Positions 21,382-34,100 of a stretch of DNA of 64,000 nucleotides are shown here, in pieces; positions within the stretch are counted from its first letter, which is position 1; each line of letters begins with the position of its first letter. The stretch is from assembly GCA_963710755.1 (NCBI GenBank), contig CAVQBK010000006.1, forward strand, positions 144,977 through 208,976. The letters are read 5' to 3'. This DNA comes from an uncultured bacterium. GTDB lineage: Bacteria > Oederibacteriota > JAAXVQ01 > JAUVAV01. Made by a program: the position numbers and the translations under genes. Below the pieces are notes generated by a model that saw only the letters and a program-made list of their open reading frames with translations, did not search any database and was not told the origin of the DNA.

Positions 21382-24300
21382 TCACACAATCGCCTTGCCG
21401 TCTTCGTAGGCTTCCTCCGTGGCGGAAATGGTTTCACCGTCCCTCACTTCTTCTTCTGCCATGCGCTCCAGCACCAGCTTGTAATCAATAGGCATCACCT
21501 TCACGAAGAACGGCAACTGGGTCTGCCAATTATCGAGAATAAATTTGGCCCTTACACTGCCGGTATGGCGAAAATGACTTTCAATCAGCTGCTGCAATTC
21601 CTTGACATCCTTGGGCTCGACCACGCTTTCCAGATCCACCATGTCCAAGTTGCATTTGGTATCAAAGAGCTCATTCTCATCATAGACATAGGCCACGCCG
21701 CCCGACATACCGGCCGCAAAGTTAACGCCCGTTTGCCCCAAAATGACGGCCACACCGCCGGTCATATATTCGCAACCATGATCGCCCACGCCTTCCACCA
21801 CAGCTTTGGCCCCGCTGTTGCGCACGCAAAACCGCTCAGCCACCACGCCGTTGATGTAAATTTCACCTTCCGTGGCCCCGTAAAGCAGCACATTACCGGC
21901 GATCATATTCTCATGAGCTACGATGTTGGCTTCCTGGGGCGGCTTGACGATAATTTTACCGCCCGACAATCCTTTGCCCAGGTAGTCATTGGCATCGCCG
22001 ATCACCTTGATGGTAATCCCCTTGGCCAGAAAGGCGCCCAAACTCTGACCGGCCGAACCGGTAAAATTAATAGTGATGGTGTCCGCCGGAAGGCCTTCCT
22101 CGCCGTAGATTTTGGAAACTTCGTGACTGAGCATGGTGCCCACCGTGCGATTGATGTTTCTGATGGGCATATCAATCTCTATTTTTTTCTTGTCCTTCAA
22201 CGCCGGCTGGGCTTGTTGAATTAAATCGTTATCCAGTACTTTATCCAATTCATGATTCTGGCTGCCGGTGCAACGCAAGGTGTCGGACTGTATTTTGGTC
22301 AGAATATGGGAAAAGTCCAGCCCGTGCGCTTTCCAATGGTCCTGATCAGGCGCAAATTCCAGCATTTCCACATGGCCGATCATGTCATCCAGGGTTTTGA
22401 AACCCAACTCCGCCATGATCTCGCGCAGCTCCTGAGCCATAAATTTCAAGAAACGCTCCGGATACTCCGGCTTGCCCGAATAACGTTTCCTCAACTCTTC
22501 CCGTTGCGTGGCCACGCCCACCGGGCAATTATTGAGATGGCATTTGCGCATCATAATGCAGCCCAGGGTTACCAGGACGGTGGTGCCGAAACCATATTCA
22601 TCCGCCCCCAGCAAGGCCGCAATGGCCAAATCCCGTCCGGTTTTCAGTTGGCCGTCGGTCTGCACCCGGATACGGTCGCGCAGACGATTGCTGATAAGGG
22701 AGTGCTGAGTCTCGGCCAGCCCCAATTCCCAGGGCAGGCCTGCATGTTTAATAGACGTCATGGGCGATGCCCCGGTCCCACCGTCAAATCCGGAGATCAG
22801 CACGCTATCTGCTTTGGCTTTGGCCACACCCGAGGCAATGGTGCCTACGCCCACCTCGGATACCAATTTCACCGAAACCCTGGCTCGGGGATTGGCGTTT
22901 TTCAAGTCAAAAATCAGTTGGGCCAAGTCTTCGATGGAATAAATGTCATGATGCGGAGGCGGTGAAATCAGAGTAACGCCCGGTGTCGTATGGCGCACGC
23001 GGGCGATTTCTTTGCTGACTTTATGTCCCGGTAACTGCCCGCCTTCACCTGGTTTGGCGCCCTGGGCCATTTTGATCTGCAGCTCATCGGCATTGGCCAG
23101 GTAGTTGGACGTGACCCCAAAACGTCCTGAAGCCACCTGCTTGGTGCGGGAACATTTGCTGTCGCCGTTGGCGAGAGGGCTAAAGCGAACCGGATCCTCC
23201 CCGCCTTCACCGGAATTGCTGCGGCCGCCAATACGATTGAGGGCAATGGCCAAATCTTCGTGAGCTTCCTTACTGATGGACCCATAGGACATGGCCGCGG
23301 TCACAAAACGCTTGGTAATAGCTTCCACCGGCTCCACGTCATCAATGGGAATGGGATGACCTTTTTTAAATTTCAGAAGACTGCGCAAGGTAACATGGGC
23401 TTTGGATTGGTCATCGATGATCCGGGTATAATCCTTGAAGCGCTCATAACTGTTTTGGCGCACAGACTCCTGCAAAGCAGATACCGACTCTGGCGTCCAA
23501 AGGTGTTTTTCTCCACTCAGACGAACGTGATACTCACCACCTGCATCCAGCACCGGCGACAGTTCGATGTTCTCGGGATACGCTTGTTTAAACCGGGTAA
23601 TGGTTTCCCGGGCCAGGTCCTGAAGATTCATGCCGCCGATACGGGAAGCCGTGTAGGTGAAATAGGTGTCGATTAATTCCGCACCCAGGCCAACGGCTTC
23701 GAATATTTGAGCCCCGAAGAAGCTGCGGATGGTGGAAATCCCCATGCGGCTGAAGGTTTTAAGCAAGCCTTTTTTTACGGCAATGATATAGGCGTCCATA
23801 GCTTCGGCTGCGGTTTTTTTCGTCTCCAAATAACCGGTCTCCGCCAGTTCCTTGACCGTGGAGAAAGCCACATAAGGACAAATGGCATTGACGCCAAACC
23901 CGATTAATTGGGCAAAATGAATGACTTCCCGTGCTTCCCCGGTTTCAATCACAATTCCGGTTTGGGTGCGCAGACCCTGGCGGATAAGGTAGTGGTGCAA
24001 CCCGGCGCCGGCCAGCAAGGCCGGAATAGGAGCGCGTTGTTCATTAAAGTTCTTGTCCGTGAGCACAATCACGGTGGCACCCTTGCGGATGGCTTCAGCA
24101 GCTTGTTGAAACAGATTATCCAACGCTGTTTTTAAGCCCTCTCCTTCCCTGGCCACGTCAAAGAGCATGTCAAATTCCTTGACCACAATGTCCGGATGAT
24201 GGCTGCAACGCAAACGCTGCAGATCATCGGTGGTGAGGATGGGCTGGCTCAGCTTCAGCATAGAGGCATGTTCCGGGGTTTCGTCAAGCAAGTTGCGTTC

Positions 24301-25986
24301 CTTGCCAAGCATGCTCATTAAGGACATGACCAGTTCCTCCCGCAAAGGATCAATGGGCGGATTGGTGACCTGGGCAAACAACTGATGGAAATAATCATAC
24401 AACAAATGGGGACGATTGGAGAGCACAGCCAGAGCTGCGTCCGTGCCCATCGAGCCCGTGGGCTCCTGGCCATTGGCCGCCATGGGCGACAGGATCATTT
24501 TCAAGTCTTCTTCCGTATACCCAAAAGCATGTTGCTGGCGGCGCAGCGTGTCGGGATCCACCTGTGGTGCCTCGGCCGGGGCAAAAAGTCCGCGCAGCGC
24601 GATCTGATGTTGTTTGACCCACTTGCGGTAGGGTTTCTGACGCACAATGTTGGCTTTGACCTCGCGGTCAGGAATAATACGATGCTGCTCCAAATCACAT
24701 AAGAAGATCTTGCCCGGTTGCAGCCGGCCTTTAACTTTGACCTTTTCCGGGGCAATATCGAGGACACCGGTTTCCGAACCAGCTACCACCAGACCATCCG
24801 TGGTCACCAAATAACGGTTGGGGCGCAGGCCGTTACGGTCCAGCGTGCCGCCAATATACCGGCCGTCGGTAAATACCAAGCCCGCCGGACCATCCCAGGG
24901 CTCCATCATGGCGGCATGATATTCATAGAAAGCACGTTTGTCGCGGCTCATAATATATTTATCTCCAAAAGCTTCGGGCACCATCATCATGATGGCATGG
25001 GGTAACGACCGGCCGGCAGCCACTAGCAGTTCCAGGCCGTTGTCTAGAATGGCCGAGTCGCTCTGGCCTTCAATGATAACAGGTTTTAATTTTTCCAGGT
25101 CCTCGCCCAACAAGGCCGAGGTCATGACCGCTTCGCGGGCCCGCATACGGTTGATGTTGCCGCGCAAGGTATTGATTTCCCCATTGTGGGCCAGGTAACG
25201 AAAAGGTTGAGCCAAGCACCACTGGGGCAGCGTGTTGGTGCTGAAGCGCTGGTGCACCAGGCCAAAAGCCGTGGCAAACTCGGGATCATTGAGGTCCGGA
25301 TAAAAGGTGGCCAACTGCGTGCCGGTCAGCATGCCTTTATAATTGACAGTCTTGCTGGAAAGGCTGACCGGATAGAATTGGCTGTAATCACCATCCGTAA
25401 ATGACGCTACTTTTTTCTCAATCAGACGGCGTACGATATAAAGTTTAAGCTCAAATTTTTCCGGGCTGACACTGCCCGGGGCGAGGAAATACTGCATACT
25501 GGCGGGCATGGTGGACAAGCTGAATTCACCCAACCCTTGACTATCCACCGGCACTGGCCGCGCTCCCAGCCAAGCCAGGCCTTCCTGAGTCACAATCTTC
25601 TGAAACGCTTTTTCACAGTTGGCGAAAAGCGCCTTGTCGGTGGGCATGAACATCATGGCCACGGCATAGCGGTGCAAAGCAGGCAACTCGAAGCCCAAGG
25701 CCTTGGCCTGTTTGCGCATAAAAGCATCAGGCATGCCCAACAGGACACCGGCTCCGTCACCGGTGGCATTGTCGCCGCCCAGCGCTCCCCGGTGTTCCAA
25801 GTTAATTAAAATTTTGACCGCATCCTGAACAATGCTGTGCCTGGGCATGCCATCCAGATGGGCCAAAAAGCCGATGCCGCAGCTGTCTTTGTCATAGGCA
25901 GGATCTGCTAATCCCTGGGCTTGCGGAAAGCCGGCGGCATTGAGGGTTTTAAAATTGGTAAATTGGGAAAACTCTTTTTTTGCCAT
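21382..25986 (-). CDS. gltB: Glutamate synthase large (alpha) subunit
   Basis: DSCGIGF N-terminal nucleophile, HNGEINTLRGN, QGAKPGEGGQLPG, CIMMRKCHLNNCPVG. Confidence 0.98.
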   Translation of the reverse strand: MAKKEFSQFTNFKTLNAAGFPQAQGLADPAYDKDSCGIGFLAHLDGMPRHSIVQDAVKILINLEHRGALGGDNATGDGAGVLLGMPDAFMRKQAKALGFELPALHRYAVAMMFMPTDKALFANCEKAFQKIVTQEGLAWLGARPVPVDSQGLGEFSLSTMPASMQYFLAPGSVSPEKFELKLYIVRRLIEKKVASFTDGDYSQFYPVSLSSKTVNYKGMLTGTQLATFYPDLNDPEFATAFGLVHQRFSTNTLPQWCLAQPFRYLAHNGEINTLRGNINRMRAREAVMTSALLGEDLEKLKPVIIEGQSDSAILDNGLELLVAAGRSLPHAIMMMVPEAFGDKYIMSRDKRAFYEYHAAMMEPWDGPAGLVFTDGRYIGGTLDRNGLRPNRYLVTTDGLVVAGSETGVLDIAPEKVKVKGRLQPGKIFLCDLEQHRIIPDREVKANIVRQKPYRKWVKQHQIALRGLFAPAEAPQVDPDTLRRQQHAFGYTEEDLKMILSPMAANGQEPTGSMGTDAALAVLSNRPHLLYDYFHQLFAQVTNPPIDPLREELVMSLMSMLGKERNLLDETPEHASMLKLSQPILTTDDLQRLRCSHHPDIVVKEFDMLFDVAREGEGLKTALDNLFQQAAEAIRKGATVIVLTDKNFNEQRAPIPALLAGAGLHHYLIRQGLRTQTGIVIETGEAREVIHFAQLIGFGVNAICPYVAFSTVKELAETGYLETKKTAAEAMDAYIIAVKKGLLKTFSRMGISTIRSFFGAQIFEAVGLGAELIDTYFTYTASRIGGMNLQDLARETITRFKQAYPENIELSPVLDAGGEYHVRLSGEKHLWTPESVSALQESVRQNSYERFKDYTRIIDDQSKAHVTLRSLLKFKKGHPIPIDDVEPVEAITKRFVTAAMSYGSISKEAHEDLAIALNRIGGRSNSGEGGEDPVRFSPLANGDSKCSRTKQVASGRFGVTSNYLANADELQIKMAQGAKPGEGGQLPGHKVSKEIARVRHTTPGVTLISPPPHHDIYSIEDLAQLIFDLKNANPRARVSVKLVSEVGVGTIASGVAKAKADSVLISGFDGGTGASPMTSIKHAGLPWELGLAETQHSLISNRLRDRIRVQTDGQLKTGRDLAIAALLGADEYGFGTTVLVTLGCIMMRKCHLNNCPVGVATQREELRKRYSGKPEYPERFLKFMAQELREIMAELGFKTLDDMIGHVEMLEFAPDQDHWKAHGLDFSHILTKIQSDTLRCTGSQNHELDKVLDNDLIQQAQPALKDKKKIEIDMPIRNINRTVGTMLSHEVSKIYGEEGLPADTITINFTGSAGQSLGAFLAKGITIKVIGDANDYLGKGLSGGKIIVKPPQEANIVAHENMIAGNVLLYGATEGEIYINGVVAERFCVRNSGAKAVVEGVGDHGCEYMTGGVAVILGQTGVNFAAGMSGGVAYVYDENELFDTKCNLDMVDLESVVEPKDVKELQQLIESHFRHTGSVRAKFILDNWQTQLPFFVKVMPIDYKLVLERMAEEEVRDGETISATEEAYEDGKAIV

Positions 25987-26135
25987 TATGCGTGCCTTTC
26001 TTCTGTATTTATTTCCAATAATCTAAACTAATTTTCACAGGACGTTTGGAAGGCTGGAAAGAAGATCCAAACAGTATTCAAGCTGATTATCCCGCACTTG
26101 TCTTATCTTGCCTTCCCGAACTCCCCGGCGTCCCG

Positions 26136-29100
26136 TCAAGCTTTCTGTTTCATCTGCTCATACCATTCCTGCAGGGGCTTGACCGTGAGCGGGATTTGGC
26201 GCCTCACACTGAGGCCGTTGACCGCCGCCTGGGCACCTTGCATGGTGGTGATGCAGGGAATGCCATGAGCCACGGCCAGCGTGCCGATGGGCCGTACATG
26301 TTCCCTGCTCAGCGGGCCGGAAGGTGTATTGATGATCAATTGGATTTTACCTTCCTTGATTAGATCAAGCACGCTTTTATCGCCCCGTCCGATCTTGCCT
26401 ATTGGTTCCACGGGGATGCTGTTCGATTTCAACACCTTGCTCGTGCCTGGCGTGGCCACCAGGCCATAGCCCATTTGATGCAGTTCCCTGGCCAAAAACA
26501 CCACGTCGCGCTTGTCATCGTCTTTAACACTGATGAACACATTGCCTTGCTGGGGCAGTTGCTGGCCGGCGGCCATTTGCGATTTGATAAAAGCCATGCC
26601 AAAACTGGCGTCCATGCCCATCACTTCCCCGGTGGATTTCATTTCCGGGCCGAGATAAATGTCCACCCCGGCAAAGCGGGAAAATGGCAGCACCGATTCC
26701 TTGACACTGAAGTAATCAGGCACCGGACGGCCGACGATGCCCAGCTCATCCAAGGTCAACCCGGACATCACTTTGGAGGCGATCTTCGCCCAGGGAATGC
26801 CTTTGGCCTTGCTTACAAAGGGCACGGTCCGCGAGGCCCGGGGGTTGACTTCAATCACATAAATGTTGCCCCGCCGCACGGCATATTGAATATTGATCAA
26901 GCCGCGCACGCCCAGGGCTTCAGCAATTTTGTGGGTATTGGCATCAATGCGCTCCACCAGCTGGTCGCTGAGGGTGTGCGGCGGCAGCACGCAAGCCGAA
27001 TCGCCGGAATGAATGCCTGCTTCCTCAATATGTTCCATGATGCCGGCCACGACAGTACGCTTACCGTCACAGACCGCATCCACGTCCACCTCAATGGCAT
27101 CTTCCAGAAAACGGTCTATAAGCACGGGCTGGCCTTCAGCCGCCTCAAAAGCTTCTTCCACGAATTCCATTAGGGCTTTTTGATCATAAACAATGCGCAT
27201 GGCCCGTCCGCCGAGAACAAAAGAAGGACGTACCAGCACAGGGTACCCGATGGAAGCCGCTTTTTCCACCACCTCGTCCACCGATCTGGCAATGGCATTC
27301 TCCGGCTGGGCCATGTCCAGCTCGGTCATGAGCTGGGCAAATTGGTCGCGGTCTTCCGCCCGTTCAATAGCCGCCACAGGCGTCCCCAGTATGGGGGCGC
27401 CGGCATCGGACAATCGACGCGCCAGGTTGAGCGGTGTCTGACCGCCAAACTGCACGATCACGCCGGCCGGTTTTTCCAGTTCAATAATGTTCATGATATC
27501 TTCAAAGGTCAAAGGTTCAAAATAAAGTTTGTCCGAGGTGTCATAGTCCGTGGAAACCGTTTCCGGATTGGAATTGACCATGATGGTTTCATAGCCCAAC
27601 TCCTGGAGAGCAAAGGAGGCATGACAGCAGCAGTAATCGAATTCAATTCCCTGGCCGATGCGGTTGGGCCCGGCCCCAAGAATCACGATTTTTTTCTTGT
27701 CCGTTGTCCCGTTCATTTCGTTTTCTTCTTCATAGGTAGAGTAACAATAGGGGGTGTAGGACTCAAACTCCGCGCCGCAGGTATCCACCAGTTTGTAAGT
27801 TGGTACCACGCCCAAGGCTTGGCGCCGCCGGCGCACCTCCAGCTCGGTGCACCCGATCCATTTGGCAATCTGGACATCGCTGAAGCCTTCCTGTTTAATC
27901 TCTTTGAGCCATTCCGAGGTAATGGTGTCCAGCTGATGCTTGGCTTCTTTTTCGTGCAGATCACGGTTCACAATCATTTTTAATTGATGCAGAAACCAGG
28001 GATCAATGCCCGTGGCCTGCTGCACATCTTCCACACTGAGGCCCTGTTTAAAGCTTTCCCGAATAGTGAAGAGCCGCTCGGCATGCGGTTTGGCCAGCCT
28101 CTCCAGCAATACGTCCCGGGACAAGTTGGTGCCGATTTTTTCATAGTCTTCATAGCCAAAGCGTTTGATTTCCAAACCGCGCAGCCCCTTCTGTAAGGCT
28201 TCCCGGAAGGTGCGGCCAATAGCCATGGTTTCGCCCACGGACTTCATGGACACGCCCAGTTTGGGATCAGCACCGGGAAATTTTTCAAAGGCAAAGCGGG
28301 GAATCTTAACCACCGTATAATCAATGGTGGGTTCAAAACAGGCCATGGTTTTTTTGGTAATATCATTGGGAATTTCATCGAGCGTATAGCCCACGGCAAG
28401 CAGCGCCGCAATCTTGGCGATGGGAAAGCCCGTGGCCTTGCTGGCCAGGGCCGAAGAGCGCGACACGCGGGGATTCATTTCAATGACCACCAAACGCCCG
28501 TCTTTGGGATTAACCGCGAACTGAATGTTGGAGCCGCCGGTTTCTACGCCGATAGCGCGGATAATGGCAATGGCTGCATTGCGCATGTGCTGGTATTCCA
28601 CGTCGGTCAAGGTCTGGGCCGGCGCCACAGTAATGCTGTCGCCTGTATGCACACCCATGGGGTCAAGGTTCTCAATGGAGCAGATAATCACCACATTGTC
28701 GGCTTTGTCGCGCATGACCTCCAGTTCGAATTCCTTCCAACCGGTGACGGATTCCTCGATCAAAATTTCATGGATCAGGCTGTTCTCCAGGCCCAATGCT
28801 GCGATTTTCCTGAATTCTTCTTCATCGTTGGCCACACCTCCACCGGTGCCTCCCAGGGTGAAGGCCGGACGGATGATGACCGGATAGCCGATCTCCTGGG
28901 CCACGTTTACGGCTTCTTCCAATTCCCGGCCCAGACCGCTTTTAGGTAAGTCCAGCCCCAAGCCTTGAATCACCTGCTTGAATTTATCCCGGTCTTCGCC
29001 GCGATGAATGGCTTCGATATTCAGGCCGATCATCTCTACTTTATATTTATCAAATACACCCCGCTTGGCTGTTTCCACAGCCGTATTCAAGCCGGTCTGA

Positions 29101-29375
29101 CCGCCCAAAGTGGGCAGAACAGCGTCAGGCCGTTCTTTTTCTATGATGCGCTCCATGACTTCCGGCGTGATCGGCTCAATATAAGTACGGTCCGCCATCT
29201 CCGGGTCGGTCATGATGGTGGCGGGATTGGAATTCACCAGCACCACTTCGTAGCCTTCGGCTTTGAGGGCCTTGCAAGCCTGGGTGCCCGAATAATCAAA
29301 TTCGCAAGCCTGGCCGATGACAATGGGGCCCGATCCGATTATCATTATTTTTTTAATATCTGTGCGCTTGGGCAT
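26136..29375 (-). CDS. carB: Carbamoyl-phosphate synthase large subunit
   Basis: [30 protein letters not shown], duplicated ATP-grasp domains, MGS-like C-terminus. Confidence 0.98.
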   Translation of the reverse strand: MPKRTDIKKIMIIGSGPIVIGQACEFDYSGTQACKALKAEGYEVVLVNSNPATIMTDPEMADRTYIEPITPEVMERIIEKERPDAVLPTLGGQTGLNTAVETAKRGVFDKYKVEMIGLNIEAIHRGEDRDKFKQVIQGLGLDLPKSGLGRELEEAVNVAQEIGYPVIIRPAFTLGGTGGGVANDEEEFRKIAALGLENSLIHEILIEESVTGWKEFELEVMRDKADNVVIICSIENLDPMGVHTGDSITVAPAQTLTDVEYQHMRNAAIAIIRAIGVETGGSNIQFAVNPKDGRLVVIEMNPRVSRSSALASKATGFPIAKIAALLAVGYTLDEIPNDITKKTMACFEPTIDYTVVKIPRFAFEKFPGADPKLGVSMKSVGETMAIGRTFREALQKGLRGLEIKRFGYEDYEKIGTNLSRDVLLERLAKPHAERLFTIRESFKQGLSVEDVQQATGIDPWFLHQLKMIVNRDLHEKEAKHQLDTITSEWLKEIKQEGFSDVQIAKWIGCTELEVRRRRQALGVVPTYKLVDTCGAEFESYTPYCYSTYEEENEMNGTTDKKKIVILGAGPNRIGQGIEFDYCCCHASFALQELGYETIMVNSNPETVSTDYDTSDKLYFEPLTFEDIMNIIELEKPAGVIVQFGGQTPLNLARRLSDAGAPILGTPVAAIERAEDRDQFAQLMTELDMAQPENAIARSVDEVVEKAASIGYPVLVRPSFVLGGRAMRIVYDQKALMEFVEEAFEAAEGQPVLIDRFLEDAIEVDVDAVCDGKRTVVAGIMEHIEEAGIHSGDSACVLPPHTLSDQLVERIDANTHKIAEALGVRGLINIQYAVRRGNIYVIEVNPRASRTVPFVSKAKGIPWAKIASKVMSGLTLDELGIVGRPVPDYFSVKESVLPFSRFAGVDIYLGPEMKSTGEVMGMDASFGMAFIKSQMAAGQQLPQQGNVFISVKDDDKRDVVFLARELHQMGYGLVATPGTSKVLKSNSIPVEPIGKIGRGDKSVLDLIKEGKIQLIINTPSGPLSREHVRPIGTLAVAHGIPCITTMQGAQAAVNGLSVRRQIPLTVKPLQEWYEQMKQKA

Positions 29376-29491
29376 ATGAACTCCATTCAGATTCTATGTC
29401 TCTAACGTCTATACTTTTTGAGCAGGGTGCAGGCATGCCCGTACCCGGCAATACCTCCGCAAAACAATCGCTTAATATCCGGTTCTGCGGC

Positions 29492-30580
29492 TTATTTTAT
29501 TTTAGGATCTGCCATCAGCTTCACAAAACGGTCGAAGAGCACGGCGGCATCATGCGGTCCGGGACAGGCTTCCGGATGATGTTGGACTGAGAAAATGGGG
29601 AGTTTTTTGTGGCGTAGTCCTTCTACAGTGCGATCGTTCATGTTGATATGCGTCACCTCAACCTCTGGCGGCAAACTATCGGCTTCCACACAGAACCCGT
29701 GATTTTGCGAGGTAATGGCCACCCTGCCTGTGGCTTCTTCCCTGACCGGATGATTCACGCCGCGGTGGCCGAATTTCATTTTAACCGTCCGCCCGCCAAA
29801 GGCATGACCAAGCAATTGGTGGCCCAGGCAAATGCCGAAGATGGGCAGTTTGTCCAGCAGCGCCTGCACCGTATCTATCACATAGGTCACCGCTGCCGGA
29901 TCTCCGGGACCATTGGTAAGCATCAACCCATCGGGACGAAGGGCCAAAATAGCCTCAGCCGGGGTTAAGGCCGGCACGACGGTCACCTTGCAACCGCGCT
30001 TGCTCAAGGCTCTCAGGATATTGGTTTTGACGCCGCAATCAATGACCACCACATGAAAACGGTCCTCCGGGGATTGCGAAAAAACGAAGGCTTCCTGGCA
30101 GGTCACCTGTTTGACCAGGTCAAGCCCGGCCATTTTGGGGGCAGCCTGGGCTTTTTTAAGCAGGCTGGAGAGATCCTGATCGATGGTTGAGAGTACGCCG
30201 TTCATGCTGCCGGCTTCCCGGATATGACGTGTCAGCGCACGTGTGTCAATACCTTGCAGGCCAACGATATTATTTTTTTTCAACCACTCGTCCAGGGTGC
30301 CGGTGGCTCGAAAATTGGAAGACCATTCACAAAGTTCGCGCACCACAAACCCAGCCACCTGAATTTTACCGGATTCCATATCTTCATGATTAATACCGTA
30401 ATTGCCAATCAAAGGATAGGTCATGTTCACGATCTGGCCACTATAGGAAGGATCTGTCAGCAACTCCTGATAACCGGCCATACCCGTATTAAAAACCACT
30501 TCCGCCGCCACTTCCCCTTGGGCACCAAAGGCGCGGCCTTTAAAGGTTCTGCCATCTTCCAGTACTAAAAAGGCGTCCAC
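29492..30580 (-). CDS. carA: Carbamoyl-phosphate synthase small subunit
   Basis: EVVFNTGMAGYQE, GICLGHQ, QHHPEACPGPHD; GTG start with AGGAG. Confidence 0.97.
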   Translation of the reverse strand: MDAFLVLEDGRTFKGRAFGAQGEVAAEVVFNTGMAGYQELLTDPSYSGQIVNMTYPLIGNYGINHEDMESGKIQVAGFVVRELCEWSSNFRATGTLDEWLKKNNIVGLQGIDTRALTRHIREAGSMNGVLSTIDQDLSSLLKKAQAAPKMAGLDLVKQVTCQEAFVFSQSPEDRFHVVVIDCGVKTNILRALSKRGCKVTVVPALTPAEAILALRPDGLMLTNGPGDPAAVTYVIDTVQALLDKLPIFGICLGHQLLGHAFGGRTVKMKFGHRGVNHPVREEATGRVAITSQNHGFCVEADSLPPEVEVTHINMNDRTVEGLRHKKLPIFSVQHHPEACPGPHDAAVLFDRFVKLMADPKIK

Positions 30581-31128
30581 AAAACACTCCTGTTAACAGT
30601 TAATATATAATTATGAAGAAAACCGGAAAAACGTCCCAGGGGGTGATATTTTTCACAAAATTCTTGATAATATAGCATAAAACCATTTTATTGCAATCAT
30701 TATTTGCGCCTATTGCTCATCTTCCCCGGCGCGGGTTTTAGGAATTTTTAAGGGAAAGCGTGATTGACAAAGACCTTCCCCTTATAGTCTTTGTGGTAAC
30801 CTGTTGGGATGGCCTTACCGGCAAAAGAGCCTATGCCAGAATGGGATTTTTTCATCATACGGTGAAACAGGCGGTCTCACAATGTTGATTTTTATCTTTG
30901 AACGTCACCCCGGTGCAAACCAAGGTCCAGAAAAGCCTTTGAAATCAAGATCACCAGCTTCCGGCTTCCACCGGAAAGATGAACAAGATATTTGTTTTTG
31001 TATTGTAACACCGCTTGTTTCGCCGTATGACCACCATGGTCCCAAATCCGTGTTACCATACCGTCTTTTGAAGGAAAAAAGGCTGGTCAAGGCCAGAGAC
31101 ACGGGCAGCCGCAAGGGCGCCTAACCAT

Positions 31129-31175
31129 TTTCAGCAGACCTCATATCCTCAACATGGTGCCCTCGTCTGCTGAAA
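31129..31175. other. Stem-loop immediately downstream of glnE
   Basis: 11-bp inverted repeat TTTCAGCAGAC / GTCTGCTGAAA with a 25-nt loop. Confidence 0.5.
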
Positions 31176-31179
31176 GCTT

Positions 31180-34100
31180 CTAATCCTTTTCCAACAACAA
31201 TTTCGAATAGTAACTTCTAACCCTTTGAGAACGATGGTGCAAATCGTTTAAGAAATGATCCACACTGCCCTCATGGCCCAAGGTTCGCCTGGCCAATATC
31301 TTGAGCGCTTCCCCGGTGGCCGGCAGGGTATGCACCTGGCGGTCTTCGTAAATTTGAAGAAAATGTTCCAGGCGCCGCAAATAAACGTAATCCTCGCTGA
31401 GCCGGCTGTAGGCCGGCCCGTCGATGAGGTGACTTTTAAATAATTTGGCCAATGCCTTCAGGGTATGGCCTTCAAAGATATGGGGGTGGTCATGGCCATA
31501 AATCAACTGCAGGCCCTGGATGAGGAATTCAATATCCCGAATGCCGCCCATGCCGCTTTTAATGTCCATGCTGTGCTGCCCGGCTTGATCGAGTTTTTTC
31601 AAGGCTTGGTTGCGCATGTGTTCGATCGATGACTTCACTTGGCTGCGCTCAAAACCCCGGGTCAGCAGCCCCTGTACTTCTCCGATAAAGGCGGCGCCCA
31701 ACTCCAGATTGCCGGCCACCGGCCGGATTTTTATCAGCGATTGCAGTTCACTCAATTCAGCCTGGTGGCGATAATACTCCACCATGGAGGTATAGGACGG
31801 TACCAAGGCACCGGCAATGCCATAAGGCCGCAGCCGGAAATCCACTCGATAGACCATACCCTCATCAGTATAAGAGGACAGGGCGGCACGACTGTTTTCA
31901 GTGACCAAGGTAAAAGGATCTTCATTAAAAGCCTCTCCTGTATAAAGCAACCTGTCCACAACCCGGTCATCATAGAGGGCCACCAGATCAATATCGGAAC
32001 TATAGTTAAGCTCCTGCCCGCCCAACTTGCCAAAAGCCAACAGGCAATAGTGCTGGTGCGGGGCTGCCCACGGGACCGGCGGTAATTGATTGGCCTCGGT
32101 CAAGGCCTGCCAACTGTGCTGCAAAGCTGCTCCCACCAAAGCATCGGCCAAATTGGACAGCTCCAGGGTAATGTCTTCCAGAGAAGCTTTCAGACAAATA
32201 TCACGAATGCCAATACGAACAAATTCACGGCGCCGGAAAAGCCGTATCGCTTTCAGCCATTCTGCCTCGCGCAGTTGGGACTGGTTCTTAAGCTCGCCGT
32301 TGTAGTCTTCCCGGCTTTTCACATTTCTGAGCAATTGCGGGTCTGTGGCCCATTCCAAATAATCAGGATGATGGATGAGGGCTTCGGCCAGAAACTGGCT
32401 GGTGGAAAAAATATCGAGCAATATCTTTAGCCGCATGGGCTGGGCCAGCATGGCTTCAAAATGAGCCTTGGGTTGATCAAGCTGATGGACAAAGCGTTCC
32501 CAGTTGTTGAGGGCCATATCGGGATCGGCTTTCTGACCGAGCATATCCACGGCCAGGACCGCCAGTTTGGCCATTTTTTCTTTTTGTAAAGGCTCGGCCC
32601 CGGCCAGATGACGCAAATTAACCTCCGCACGTTGAGGATTGGTAAACCCAGCCTGGGTGAGAATAACCATACGGTTCTCAACCGTCAGGGTTTCGGACAG
32701 GATCAAATCAGCCACATTGCCCGGCCGCTGCCCGGGCAAAGAATCACGGCCAAAATGTTTTTCCACAAAGGCGCGCACGGCCGCACTGTGCGTTTCAAAA
32801 TCCACAAACAATTGTTTGGCCGGATCCAGACCCTGCCTGACCGCGTACCCCAGCCGTCTGGCTAAATGGCTGTATTCCAAAGCTTCCGGTGCAGGCATAA
32901 ATAAATCTTGGGCCGACCCACGCAGAATCCGCAGCCCGTTGATAAGATTACGAAAAAAGCCATAAGCACCAATCAATATTTCCGCCTCTTCATGGCTGAT
33001 CACACCCACTTCATACAGACCCTTAAGCGCCAGCTGTATCCTGGGTGTTCGCAGCACCGGATAATCCCGGCCGTAGATAACCTGCAACAACTGGACATCG
33101 TATTCCAGATCCACCAAGGCTCCCGGGCTGAACTTGGCATTGATGCCGCCACCCCTGGTTTTTTCCTCAAATTGTTTCTGCCGCAGTTCACGGACCGCTT
33201 TTAGATCCAGGTCGCGGCTGGCATAAATGAATTCATCGCGCAGGCGCTCCAGTTGGGCGCCCAGATCCGGATCTCCGGCTACAGGACGCATGCGCACCAA
33301 GGCCAGCTTCTCCACGGCATGGGCAGCACCGCCCTGACCAAAATAATCGCAGAACAGGGCCAAGCTTGACGCCAGCGGACCGTCACTGCCAAAGGGACGC
33401 AGCCTTAAATCCAGGTTAAAAATGCCTTCCCGTTTGGCCCGGATAAAGCGCACGGTTTCCTTGACCAGGAGATCAAAAAACTCGGCATTGGTGATGATCT
33501 TGCCGCCGTCGGTCTCTCCGGTATCGCTATAGACCATCATGATCTCAATATCCGACGCATAGCCCAAGGCGGCGCCGCCAAGTTTGCCCAAACCCAACAC
33601 CGCATAATTGGCGCGCAGTCCGGCTACAGTCCGGGGATGTCCGTACTGACCGGCCAAATGCAGGTACACCATTTGCGTGGTTTTTTTTAGGATGACTTCC
33701 GCTAAAAAGGTCAGTTGTTCACTAAGTTTTTTGAAATCCGATTGGGGACTGAGGATATGATCGAGGTCAAATAAAAATATTTCCCGATCCTTGAAGTCGT
33801 TAAGCACCTCCTGTTGTTCTTCATAGCTGCCGGCTTTTTCCAGAGCCGCCTCCAAGCGATCGGGTAAGGTGGCCGTGGTCTCCACGATAGGCCGGCCTTC
33901 CACATGAGGACGTAACATGGGTAAAAGGGTTTCGTATTGCTGGCGGATCATGTCTTCCCAGAGATAATCACTGGTCCCCAAAAGTTTGGCCAGTTCCTGC
34001 ATTAATTTGGGCGAACTCATAAATTCCACCCATTTCCCCTGCTGATGTTTTTGAATGATGTCTTCCACCAGGTATTCAAAGCGGGACAAGGCGGCATAGG

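Noticed and set aside
21565-29405. Long antisense ORFs over gltB and carB (similar ones overlie glnA, GH65 and GH57)
   Set aside because: Expected from GC3-biased codon usage of the real genes; no independent coding evidence.
30920-30945. PyrR-binding-loop-like GTCCAGAAAAGCC near carA
   Set aside because: On the wrong strand for the carAB leader and only a partial match.
30804-31124. 106-aa and 69-aa ORFs in the glnE-carA gap
   Set aside because: No RBS, no recognisable motifs, atypical composition.
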